Shown here one piece after another: positions 22,750 to 33,990 of a stretch of 64,000 bases of DNA. The notes under the pieces are model-generated. The model saw nothing but the letters and a program-made list of their open reading frames with translations. It made no database searches and was not told the origin of the DNA. Position numbers and translations under genes: made by a program. Source of the stretch: Camelus dromedarius (Eukaryota); the NCBI RefSeq assembly GCF_036321535.1, contig NC_087464.1, positions 22,630,001-22,694,000 on the forward strand. The letters are read 5' to 3'. Within the stretch, counting starts at the first letter, position 1; every line of letters begins with the position of its first letter.

Positions 22750-23938
22750 TGACCCACCTGCCCTTCCATCTTTCTGCTCCCTTTTATAGCAAAACTCAAG
22801 AGCTCTAGTAAGGGTCTCAGTCTCCACTCCCTTATACCCCGCCCGCCCTCATTCCCTCTCTAGTCGCGCTTCCATCCCCACGACTCTACAAAACTGCTCT
22901 TATCAAGGCTCCCAGAAACCTCAGTTTTGCCAAATCCAGTGGTCACTCTCTGACACGGCTAACTGCTTCCTCCATCGTGAAACACTTTATCTTTGGGGTC
23001 CCAGGATTCAGCCTCTCCTGCTGAGTCTCCCAGGCTTTCCTCCCTTCCTACCCCACCACCCTACAAACATCCAAGGCCCCAAGGCTGGCTGGGGTTCTCT
23101 TTTCTCTCCTGTCTACACATTCCCTGGTCTCAGCCGGTGGGTCCTGTGGTTTTAAATCCCAGTCATGCCCTCAGATCTCCCTCTCCAGCCCCAGCTGTCT
23201 CCTGAGCACCAGCTGCGTGTATCCACAGGCCTATTTGTCATCTCAACTTGCTCATCTAACAGACCTGTCCAAAACAAAACTCTTAATTTTTATCCCCAAA
23301 ATGATGTCTCCCTCAGCCTTGACTCTTCTCTTTCTCGCCCCACACCCAAGCCATCAGCACACCATGTCAGTTCAACCCCGGAATACATCCAGAAACTGCC
23401 CGCTGCCCCAGCTCACCTTCACCTGCCCTCACCTGGATGACTGCAGCAGCCTCTTGCCTCGCTGGGCTCCCTGCTCCTACCCTGGCCCCAAACTATCACA
23501 GCAGCCACATAATGGTACAAATCAAATCCTCTTACTCTCCAGCCATAAGCAAGGGGTTTCCATGGTAGAGAGAATCAAGTCTAGATTCTTCAAAGCCTGC
23601 CCACCGCTCAGAACTCTCTCCCGCAATCTGGCTCCCTCCCACCCTGGCCAGTGTTGGGGTCTCTGTCCTTACTGCTTCTGCCCAGAATGCTTTTCCCCCA
23701 GACTATCATCCTGGTCAAACAGAACCTCCTTCATCTTTCCTAGTCATCCTAGGTCAATGCCCCTCACGCACTGCAATCTCTCCCATCTTTCATAGACTTT
23801 AATGCCTACGTGACATTATCTTGCTGATTTGTGTCCTTGTTTCCTCTTACTATGTCCAGTGCTCAGCACATAGCAGATGCCCAGTAAATATTTGCTGAAT
23901 GAATGGATGGATGGATAGACGGATGGATGAATGAATAG
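22750..23938 (+). mobile_element. L2 LINE, about 1.2 kb to the 3' end with a (GGAT/GAAT)n tail
   Basis: ctgctcccttttatagcaaaactc...ccaaatccagtggtcactc...tccaaaacaaaactcttaattttt...cagtgctcagcacatagcagatgcccagtaaatatttgctgaatgaatggatgg. Confidence 0.9.
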
Positions 23939-24294
23939 GCAGAGGCAGCTCTATCTGGCTCCAAAGCCTGTGTTTCTATTTCCTACACAATCTGCTCCCA
24001 CATGAAGTAGGAAGGAACCAGAAGGCTCACCCAGAGGGCAGGACCCTCTGAGCAAAGGCAGGGAAGTGGGCACAAGGCTGAGACAAGGCCAGCTGGAGCG
24101 GTGGATGCACACTTGAGACCAGTGGGGCCCAAGGCCTCCCTGGGATGCCAGGCCCAGCAGCCCCTGCCCCAGGGGGGAACTGAGGCTCTCACACCTGCCA
24201 ACTTGTCCCATTCAGGAGGAAGCCTTGGGGGGCAGCCGGCAACTGAGCACAACTGGCAGGGGGCCAGTATGCCTGCCAACAGCTGGCGCTGCTG

Positions 24295-24500
24295 CCAGGC
24301 AGCCAAGTAATCGTGTTAGCCAGCGGAAATTGGTCCAGGGAGTTTTTTTCCTTCGCCTCCCATTTTCTTTCTTTTCCCTTCCCCCTCGGAGCTGCAAGAC
24401 TCGGAAGATTGATCTTTGCCTGAAACGGAGGAGATAACTCGATATAATGAACTCCACTGTCCCTCTTGCTGTTTGGAGCTTTTAAAAAATTTAAAAGGAC
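24295..24500. promoter_or_regulatory. Candidate CNE-like island
   Basis: Non-repeat; about 7 CpGs in 200 bp; GTAATC, ATTGAT, AGATAA and ATAATG motifs around a polypyrimidine run. Confidence 0.35.
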
Positions 24501-25059
24501 TGGGGACAAAAAAGCTTGTCCTCAGGGCTCTCTTGGGCTGCTCATCCTCCCCTGGAAGCCCCCGCCCCTCTCATGCCCCTCTCCCAACTCTCCATCTGCC
24601 TCCTTCCCCCTTCTTTTTCCCTTGGGATGCCTTGATGGAACAAAGGTTAAAAATATCCCCTTTCTCTTTTAGGTTTTAAAAATAATTTCGTTGAGGTCAG
24701 GGCTGGATCCACCAATCGCCCTGCCTCCCACAGCCCCCACCCTGGGGGCCGCCCCCACTCCCCAGAGTCACCAGCCAGCCTAGGGGTGACAAGTAGGCTC
24801 ACTCCACCTGTTCTCAAAGCATTTCTGAAGGGAGCCAGTGAGGCCCAGCCCGCCCACTGAGGCGCTGCCAGAGATGGCTTTTGTTCCAGCAAACAGCCCT
24901 CTAAAGAGCCACCTAATGACACACAAAGGAAGCACAGCTCCAAACTGGGGCCCAGTTTTGCCCCACCTCACTGGAGGTCCATGCCTCTCCCTCCCCAGTC
25001 AGCCCAGCCTTCAGCGTGGGGCTCATGGGCTCTGTGCCCCTGCGTGTAGTCACATAATC

Positions 25060-25170
25060 CATCACATTTATTGAGTACCTACCCCATGCCAAGCATTGGG
25101 CTGGGGCTGGAGACTCAGGGGAACACCATTCCTTTCTGATTCCTGCCCTCATGAAGGCGCAGTGAGCAAT
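25060..25170 (-). mobile_element. L2 3' end fragment
   Basis: catttattgagtacctaccccatgccaagcattgggctggggctggag...cctgccctcatgaag. Confidence 0.7.
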
Positions 25171-27439
25171 CAGTGGTCACACTGTTGGGGAGTGTTGGGC
25201 AGGGGAGAAGCCCATTCCACACTGGGATGAGGGCTTTAAAGGAAAGTCGGGGGCCCTGAGAGCTCGTACAGTGGTTAGGGCGATGTCCTCAGAGCAGAGA
25301 TCTCCAGAATAAGTAGAAAACCACAGGGCAGAGGGTGCGGGTGGAGGGCTCCAGGCATTATAGAAAGGGTCGCTCTCAGGAACGTGCCATCCAATTAGGG
25401 GCCTCTTCCCAGGGATCTCTACCTGCAGAGGGAGGGCAGATCCCATGATTCCTCACCTGGCATTCAAGGCCCTTCCTAGCCTGAACTCTGACCCAAATCC
25501 TCTCATCCCCAGCCTCCCCGCTCAAGGCACAGCCCAAGCATTGCCTCAGGGGCCCCAGGGCAGAAGCTGCTGCTCCCCACCACACCAGTGAGCTCCTCCC
25601 CTCCCCAGCACGACCACGCAGCTGCTCACACAGGCCATGCTGAGCGGTCTGCACAGTTGCCCCTCAAAGCGCCGGGAGTGTGTGCCTAGGAGAAGGAAGA
25701 AACGGGGGTGTAACAGAAGGTTCAGACTGAGAGCAGTGAGGGCCGAAGGCATCGGGGAGAGCTTCCTGAAGAGGGGGTTCAGGGCTCTGAATAAAGGAGG
25801 ATTTGGACATAAAATCGGGGACCCAGGGCCACAGAGACAACAGGCTGAGGAAAGGCCTGAGGAGGTGGCCACCCAAAGAGAGAGGCCTGCCTCAGCTGAT
25901 CTCTAACCTGTAGCCCTTAAGAAGTCAGTTTGGACAGGAGAAAACGGAGGCTCAGAGAGCAGCTGCTTCCACCTGCTATGCTGCCAGGCAGTGGTGGCAG
26001 GTAGGATGCTGTCCAAAGGTCCTTAAGGAGTCATTGTCCACCAGCACCCCCCACTCCCTCGAAAAGCTGGCAGACCAGAAGGCAGGCAGCTATCACACCA
26101 TGAGGCCAACAGAAGGGGGATGGGAGACTGGAGGATCCCGAATCCAGGCTAGGAAGTGAAGAGATGCCTGAAGTGGTTCTCTAAGATGTCTGCTAGGCTA
26201 GGAAAGGCACTATAGGCAGGGGGTCATCCTGGGCAAAGTCTGAAAAAAGCCACTAGATTTGCTTCCTGGCCCCTCCTCAGGTTTTCTGGCATGGCTGGAC
26301 TCCTGGAAACGTGGGTCAGCCCACTTCAGCCTGAGCCTTGCAGGAACCAATCCCTTCCCCATCCATCACATTGCCCCGTAGTCCATGCTGTTCTAAGAAA
26401 TGCCTGGCCAGACTCATCAGGCTTTCTGTCCTCCACTTTTGGGCCCTGAGGTCTCAGCCTCCTTGGGTTGAGGACACAACAGAGACTTGGGGCTTTTGCC
26501 CAGGAAAGTCCCTTCCTACCCCTTCAGCATCCCCCAGAGTGGTCCCGGACACCACGCCTGGCCACCCAGGAGGGGCAGGCCACAGGCCCCACAGACTACA
26601 GTGTGGCCAGCCTCTCTCCCCAGGGCCCACCACTGCTGGGAAGAAACGGAAAGGCCCAGACTGACCTTGTGGTTCCGCAGGCAAGTGGCTTCCCGCCTCA
26701 GCTCCTCCAGCGCAGCCCCCTGGGGCTGCGGGCTCTGTGGGCATCAGGGCCGGTTGGAGGCAGTAGAAGCTCAGTGTAGCCAGCCCTGCCCTGCTGCTGG
26801 GGGCTGAAGGCCTGGTCCCCACACAGACCAGGGAAGCCTCACCCAGAACATCCAAACAGAACGCTTCCCAGCACCTCAGCTGAACGCAGAGAGGAGAGGG
26901 GCCAAGGGGAAATCAAGGTTCAGACAGAGGGGGAGAGATTCTAGCAGGGGAGAGGGACAGAGAGAGGCTTGGGCCACACTCAGCAGGCAGAGCCTGAATG
27001 TCAGGTGCACAGAAATGTTAGGTGTCACCCTTTGTGCCCAGTAGCTTCATGGGCTGATCCAAACAGAGGATGGGAACTTCAGCCAGCTATCAGCAAATGT
27101 GAGGCTATGTCTGTTGGGGGGCTACTCCAGGGGACCTGACTGACCTGGCTGAGCCCCAAGCCCAGCTTGGGCCAGGCCACAAAAATTGCCACTGGGCATG
27201 CGTGGAGCTGAACATTCCTTCCCAAGCCTCTGAGGGGTGAGAAGGCCCAGGCTGGTCCCTCCACCAGCCAGCCCAGCCAGAGCTGGCCCCGCCCGTCACT
27301 GCACCTTCTCCCCACGGCCTCTGGGAGCAGAGTCACCATAGACAGGGTCTTGCAGAGCCACCATCTAGGTGGCTGACATAGCAGCCCATCTACCCTCCCA
27401 GCAGCTCTCTGAGGTGGGCATGAGCACCCCCCTTCCAGA

Positions 27440-27990
27440 AACAGACACCAGTGCGGGTAGAAGACACAGAGAGCTGCTCCCAGACAAGCAATGAGACAAA
27501 GCTGGATGATCTGCAAAACCATAACTTTCATTCAGCCCATCAGAGAGCTGAGGTCACAAGGCAACCAGGGGAACCAAACTACAGAGGGTGAGAAGCTGCT
27601 CTGAGGACAGTGAAACGCATAGACGGTTTCAACTCTGGTAGAGGCGAGAGGAACGGGTGCTGCCAAAATAGTAGGTGAGCAAAACACAGCTGCAGGTGTA
27701 GGAAATCTCAGGGCCGAGTGTGGGCCGGCATGACCATTCAGATCCTGCGGTCCCAGACACAAGGAGGCTCCGCCCTCCCCGCCAGCATGTTTCCACGGGC
27801 CCCCACGACACTGGCAGGAAAGCATGGGGCAACGCAGGAGGTGGCAAAAAGACCCGTCAGTGGTGCACGCACACAATACCCCATCCACCACCCTGAGATG
27901 CCCTTCCTAAGGAGCCCCAGCCCGAAGAGGGTTGGTAGGATCTGCTCCATTCCTTCTGAAGACTGTCTACTCCGGGCACAGAGTGAGGGG
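27440..27990 (+). mobile_element. Ancient L1M 5'UTR fragment (5'-end only)
   Basis: gcaaaaccataactttcattcagcccatcagagagctgaggtcacaaggcaacc...ggccgagtgtgggc...cccagacacaagg...tttccacgggcccccac resembles recalled L1M4/L1ME 5'-end consensus; no ORF1/ORF2 follows. Confidence 0.55.
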
Positions 27991-28589
27991 TGATTTCCTC
28001 TTCTCTCTCCTCTAAGAACCTTTAGACAGTCAAATTATAGCTCCATATAAAAGCAGAGGCAAAGACATCAAGTTTAGGAGTTATTCTCTCCTTAACGAGC
28101 AAGTAGGGAGGACAGAGAGAGACAGGAGAGAGGCTGAAGATTTGCTGTGACTAGGGGTTGGGAGCAGAATGGAAAAAAAGCCCCCCAGGCTGAGGCCTGC
28201 TTCTGGGGAGGGAAGCAGCAAGGCGGGGAGCTGGGAGGGCATGGCAAGGGCCACAGAGGGTGCTGCTGTGAACCTGGTGGGGTGGGGGGTGGGGGCAGTA
28301 CCTCCCAACCAGGCAGGAAAGGGGGGTCTGAGGGGCTCATGCAGTGAGCAGTGCAAGCTTCAGAGCAATGTGGGGGGTCCGCCCTACCTTCATTTATGCA
28401 GCCAGACAATCAGCAAGTATTTCTTAAGCACCTGTCATAGGCCAGGCCTTGAGGGTCCTCAGTGAGTAAGAGAGACTGTAAGGTCCTCGGAAGGGAGGAG
28501 AACTTACTGTGGGCAGAGCCTGGTCCAGCACCTCCAGGGAGCCCTTAACACTGGTTGTACGTCAGGCACCTCTGTCAGACACTAGGAAT

Positions 28590-28925
28590 GCCGAGTAGAG
28601 GAAAGAGCAGAGGTTTGGAATTAAACAGGCGTTGGTCTGAATCCTGAACCTTCATCACAAGCTGTGTCTATGGGCAAATCCTCTAGTCCCGCTGAGCCTC
28701 AGTAAGAATAACAACAGTTCCTAACTTTTATTAAATAGTTACTATGTACTCATATTTGTTATTTAATCAGTACAACACTATGAGATAGGGACTATCATTA
28801 CCCCCCTTTTCTTGGAGGAAACCAAGACACAGAGAGGTTTAGTGCCTCACCTAAGGTCACACAACTAGTACCCGGATTCATAGCGGGGGCAGCCTGGCTC
28901 CAGACACACTCTTAACCACAGCAGC
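28590..28925. mobile_element. Tail-to-tail MIR pair (+ at about 28590-28720, - at about 28730-28925)
   Basis: tgaatcctgaacc...gggcaaatcctctagtcccgctgagcctcagt, then tagtttactatgtac...ggaaaccaagacacagagaggtttagtgcctcacctaaggtcacacaactag. Confidence 0.75.
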
Positions 28926-28996
28926 ATGGTCAAGAAGTAGTTCCCAACAGAAGCCTTCTGCACTGTTCCAGGCATTCCATTACAGTCTAGAATCAT

Positions 28997-29066
28997 TGCC
29001 ACTGTAACTCGTCTCTGCCCACTGAACCTCCTGCCACTGTAACTCGTCTCTGCCCACTGAACCTCC
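28997..29066 (+). repeat. Perfect 35-bp tandem duplication
   Basis: tgccactgtaactcgtctctgcccactgaacctcc at 28997-29031 and again at 29032-29066. Confidence 0.97.
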
Positions 29067-29699
29067 CATTCACTCTGTGGACCCCATCTCAAATGCCCTC
29101 TCTTCGGTGAAACCTGCCAGTTTCTCTCAGAACTATGGAGGATTACAGCTCAAAAAGATGAGTCACATAGCTGGTTGGTGGTAGAACTTGCCATATACCA
29201 CATGCCTCTAGCAGGGATGGATGTGGGGATACTGTGTGAATGGAGGCCAATGTAGGGTCACCCAATGGTTCCTGAGCCACCTGAGAAGGATGTAGAGCAC
29301 CTGAGCCTGAAAGAACAGGAGATTATAAGAACTGAGGACAGGACGAGTCAGGATAAGGAACATGGGTGTGAGTGAGGGACCTCCTCCACTGCGTTCCATG
29401 GTCTCCTATCCCTCCCCCAACCCTAAGGCTGAAAGAACCTACTCTTCTCTCCATCTGTCCAACTCCTGCCCAGCTATTTTTGCAGGTCCAGAACCAGTAC
29501 TGCTACTTCCTCCAAGCAGCCAGCCCAGAATTGCCCAGCACCCTTTCAAGCACCCTGAACCTGCAATCTGCTTGAGGACTGGAGCAGACCTAGAGGATAA
29601 AGGAGTCAGGTGGCATGGGTAAAGGGCAGTCAGGAGTAGGAGCACGGCTGGTGGGGAGGCGAGCCCTGCCTGGAGGATAACAAGGCACCCTACCCAGCA

Positions 29700-29870
29700 G
29701 GAGACTCAGGCAAGACGCTGCGCCCGCTGGCAGCAAAGCTAACTTGATGGATGGCACCATTCAGTAAGAAATAAATCCCGAGGCACGTGCGCCAGGTGAG
29801 CTGGGCGGGTGTATTGGTTTTATAGATGCTTAATGAATGTGTCGGCCGCAGCGGATGGCAGCATTGCATC
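29700..29870. promoter_or_regulatory. Candidate CpG-retaining regulatory element
   Basis: GCACGTGC palindrome 29783-29790, CAG|GTGAGC donor at 29796, gtattggttttatagatgcttaatg. Confidence 0.4.
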
Positions 29871-30429
29871 TGTCTCCCACCCCTCTCCAGCTCCTTGTGC
29901 TCTGGAACCACCTTCATCCCCCACCCTCAGGCTCAGCCCCTTCCCTAAGCTTCCTTAGAATCAGAGATGGAGGGTACAGAAGGGGTCCAGAGATTAGCTG
30001 GTCCAGACCAAAACTGCCGTTGCACGGACTGGAAAACTGAGGCCCAGAGGGCAGCATATTACCCAAGGTCACACAGGAAGCCAACTGCAGAACTTGGACT
30101 AGAACCTGGGCCTCCAGCCTGCACTCTCAGACTGCACTCTCCAGGGACCTCTCCAGACCCTCCCTGCCTTCAAGCTCTGCTTCATAGCAGGAGTAGCCTG
30201 GCTCAGGTCCAAGACTGCCCCACCAAAGGGCCAAGCCTGGGTCCCTCTGTCCCCCTCCTTTACCTCTAACAACATGGCTACAACGTGGCAGGCACCTGGG
30301 ACTCATGGCCACTTCTGGTAGGACCGAGTGGATGAGGGCTCACAATGAGTCAGAGCAGGAGCACAGGTACGGTCTGCATTAGTGAGCAGAAAAGACCCAT
30401 CCCTGGGGACTCTTCCCAAGGACTGGACC

Positions 30430-30900
30430 CCCAGGTTCCCTCTGGGGTTAATCACTTGTGCTGTGTGCCTGTTAATTACTTCTGCCCAGTGACCCCGCAA
30501 TTCCTAGATGAGCAGAGGTCAGGCTGGCCCTGGCTTTATCAGAATGTCTGTCAATTCCCAGGCCGGGCTTTCCCCAAGCTGACGGGCGCATGTGCTCAGA
30601 ACAAATCCCTCAATCAGATTAACGAGACACTGACCTGCCTGTGAACAGAGCAGAGGGAGCCTTGGGGAAGGGGGTGTGGAGAAGGGCCAGAGAATGTGGC
30701 TGCACATGACACAGGAACCAGGCAAGCCCCAACCCCAGCATCTCCCTGCACCTGCCGCCATGCCTGAAATGTCACCATTAAAGGAAAACATCGTTCCTTT
30801 GGGGATCACAGGCATTACAGTCTCCGATTAAAGGGAAAATCCCAGAGAGAAATCACACCCTCCATCATTAGCCACCTCCACGTGTCAGCAGAGGACGTGG
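30430..30900. promoter_or_regulatory. Candidate enhancer (homeodomain/PBX/NF-kB motifs)
   Basis: GTTAATCA, TAATTA 30473, TCAATCAGATTAA at about 30610, ATTAAAG twice, GGGAAAATCCC 30833-30843. Confidence 0.4.
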
Positions 30901-31774
30901 GCGGAGGGAAGGGGAAGCACCGAGCACCTACTATGTGCCAGACGTTGGAGGTGACACCAAGGCTCAGGGGTCAAGTGACTGCCCAGCGATCACTCAGCCT
31001 GTAGGTGGCAGAGCTAGGATTTGAACCCAGAGCCATGTTCTCTCGTTTCATAGGGTCCGCTCAGGGGCTGTGGCTGCCTCCCTGAGCCTCCCTCTGGCAG
31101 GATCATCCCTGCCCTGTCTTCCCAGCCCCAGCCCAGTTCTCACTGGCGGTCCTGGACGGAGGTCTGTGTCCAGCATCATCTGCCACTACAGGGCTCCTCG
31201 GAGGCCCCTGCCTTTCCTGACCATGGGAAGCACTGCCAGGAAACTAGCACAACGCCATCCCCTTGGTCGGGGAGCAGGGGAGCACCTCTCCACAACCCTG
31301 TCTCTGGGCAAGCCTTCCTGAAGTTCTTCCTCTCACTCAAGCAAACAGGCTCAGTGGAGGCTGCTGGCTGGCCCAGAGTCTCTGCAGCTGAGCAAGGCCT
31401 GGCGCAGAGGGATCTCTAACTCCCGAACGGTCCCAGCCAGGTCTGAGGTCCCTCCATAGAAATGGCTCTTCTTTGCCCCTCCCACAGCTGCTTCATAGGC
31501 CTCCTCCTGGCTGCCCAGTGAGGCTGCTCCAGGGCCTCTGGGGTCCTCCCGCAAGACCACCCTCAACTCACCCACATTCCCAGGCCCCCAGCCATCACCA
31601 AGGTGTCCTCTGAAAAAAGGGACAGGACCCCAGCCATTTAATGGTCATCGAGTTAGTCAATCACCTTCTCTCTGCCAATGAGCTAAGGGTTATCTGGGAG
31701 CAGCCAGAGAGGTTGAAATACAGAGACGTGATCAGCTTGGGGGTTGGTGGGGGGAGTAAGGAGAGAACAGGAAC

Positions 31775-31945
31775 AAGCATTTATTAAGCACCAACTATAG
31801 GGCAGTCTTCCTCTATCTCATTTAATCCTCCCAATAGCCCCTTACATTATGCCCACTTAACAAATGGAGAAAGCGAGCCTCTCTTGAGGTTAAAGCACAT
31901 GGTTTAACTTGGATTTGAACCTGGATCTGCCTGACTCTCCACTGT
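31775..31945 (-). mobile_element. MIR SINE
   Basis: gcatttattaagcaccaactatagggc...tctcatttaatcctcccaatagcccc...atttgaacctggatctgcctgactc. Confidence 0.8.
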
Positions 31946-32214
31946 GCTCCCTACCCCCACCCCAGGTGCTGAGTAAACACAAGCAGATGAACTAACTTCC
32001 CTAGCGACAGGGCTGGTGCCATTTCCCAGATCTCCCTTGGGACAGACTTGCCAGTGAGCCCCTTCCTCCCTGCCCTTGGGGTCAACAGCTGGCCTGGCCA
32101 ACCCCTGGGGTGGGAGGACGCCTGCTGCCTTCCTCTGGGGCTGTCTCCCTCTCCCCTCTCCCTTCACTCTCACTAGCAACTGAGTAAGAAGAATAGAATT
32201 ACAGCTTGGCTACA

Positions 32215-32300
32215 CAAGACACAGAATTAGCAGGATTAAATATAAATAGCTATTAAAAGTGCCTTATAATTAAATTCATTTCCCAGTTATTTGTTTTACA
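32215..32300. promoter_or_regulatory. AT-rich motif island
   Basis: GAATTAG, GGATTA, TTAAATATAA (MEF2-type), TAATTA 32267, TTATTTGTTT (FOX-type). Confidence 0.35.
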
Positions 32301-32679
32301 CACACACACCCGCCCACACTCATGCACACACACACGCGCTCCAGGCCGCAGCTCCACACAGAGTGGGTGTCAGGGCCCCAGCTGCTAACCAGCCTCCTCC
32401 TCACTGTTGCCTCTTCTTTGGGGTTCCAGCACCTGCCTCTCTCCCGTCTCTCTTTCCGCACCCCCACTTCCTGTCCCTGCTTCCGGTCCATCCACCCAGC
32501 CCTTTCCAGAAGAATGGACACTACCATTACGGCTGTTCCCATACGCTGAGCCTACTATGAGCCAGACATCTGACACCATCACCTCCTTTATTCTACCCAA
32601 AGATATATTTTTCATTCAGTAAATATTGTTGAACACCAAGTACTTAACATACATGGTCTCATTTAATCCACACAATGAC

Positions 32680-32800
32680 ACTCATTCCTTCATTAAACAA
32701 GTATTAGTTGAACACCTACTACCTGCCAGGGCCCGGTAAGTGCTAGCAATACTCCAGCCAACGAGACCCGAGCCTCTGCCCTTGTGGAGCCCACCCTGAG
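32680..32800 (-). mobile_element. L2 3' end fragment
   Basis: tcattccttcattaaacaagtattagttgaacacctactacctgccaggg...cctctgcccttgtggagc. Confidence 0.75.
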
Positions 32801-33039
32801 GAAACCCCAGAGCCAGAGACCTGGCCAGGTGACAGGAAAAACACAGGTGCCACCTGAGTCGGGCCAGGAGGAGGTCAGGTGGGACAGGGACACATGGAGG
32901 GGGTGTGTTGGGAACAGCCTTCCCACTGTGAGCTCCTCGAGGGCCCCAGTGTATCCCATCATCTCCCTGTGTCCAGGAAAAAAGACAGGACACAGTGTGG
33001 GAACATCATTCATGACTGTCAGCCTAAACTGACCTAGCC

Positions 33040-33240
33040 AGGTGTGAGCCTGCCTCTGCCACTTCTCATGCTATGCCCCCGAGAGGCCCTTTCTCTCCCT
33101 CAGGACTCAACTTCCTTCTCTGTAAAATGGGAGTAAACCTAATCCTGTGGGCATAAAGTACAGAGGTGAAAACACATAGCTTTGAACTGTGCCTGGTACA
33201 TAGTGCTCAATGAAAGTTAGTTGCTTTTATGATTACCATT
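33040..33240 (+). mobile_element. MIR SINE
   Basis: ctcaacttccttctctgtaaaatgggagtaa...gtgcctggtacatagtgctcaatgaaagttagttgc. Confidence 0.75.
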
Positions 33241-33779
33241 ACTACAATTATCCATCTCATCTGTAGAGTTGAACAGTCATGGCTATGAGAGAACTTAGAA
33301 AAAGCCTCGTAGAGATGGGAAGGATTATAAGACCTGTAATAGTGGGGGTAGTGAGGATTCCCTGGGAGGAATACAGTGAAAGTCTATAGGGAGGGGGTCA
33401 TATAGGAGAGGAATACCTCCAGCTGATCCCCAGAGGGCTTCCTGGAGGAGGAAGCAGTGTTTTTGGCCTCTCCATCCCAGTCTCCTCCCCTCTGCTCACT
33501 TGACCTGATTTTCAGCCCCTTCCTACGGGGACATGGGAGGACCCCAGCCCCAGAGCCTGGACTGTAAGGGAGGAGGCAGTTCAAAACCTTCAGCCTTTTA
33601 ATTCAACCATTCAACTAGACCCACTGCCTCCTGAGCCCTGGGAAATGTATGAGAAGAAGACCTCATCCTTCCAAGGGATCGGATGGCTGGGAGGCAGGGC
33701 ACACGTCCCCAAGATGAACAAGGTCTGAGACAAGACCAAAGTAACGGCATGACCCCAAGTGGCGAACCGTGAGGCCTCC

Positions 33780-33990
33780 AACGTTTTCTGAGTCGCTGCC
33801 ATGCATCAGGCACTCTGCTTCGTTATTACCCTCAGGCTGAGCAGCCACCCTCGCAAATGGCAGTAAGATCATGGCCTCATTTTTCAGAGAAAATGACTCA
33901 AAACCCAGAGAGGTCAGCAACAACTTGACTAAGGTCACAAGACCTGCAAGTGGCAGAGCTAGGGATGGGCCCCAGGTCCATCTGGTCCAA
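33780..33990 (-). mobile_element. MIR SINE
   Basis: cctcattttcagagaaaatgactcaaaacccagagaggtcagcaacaacttgactaaggtcacaag...aagtggcagagctagggatgg. Confidence 0.75.

Noticed and set aside
23217-23795. 192-aa ORF
   Set aside because: Lies wholly in a degenerate L2.
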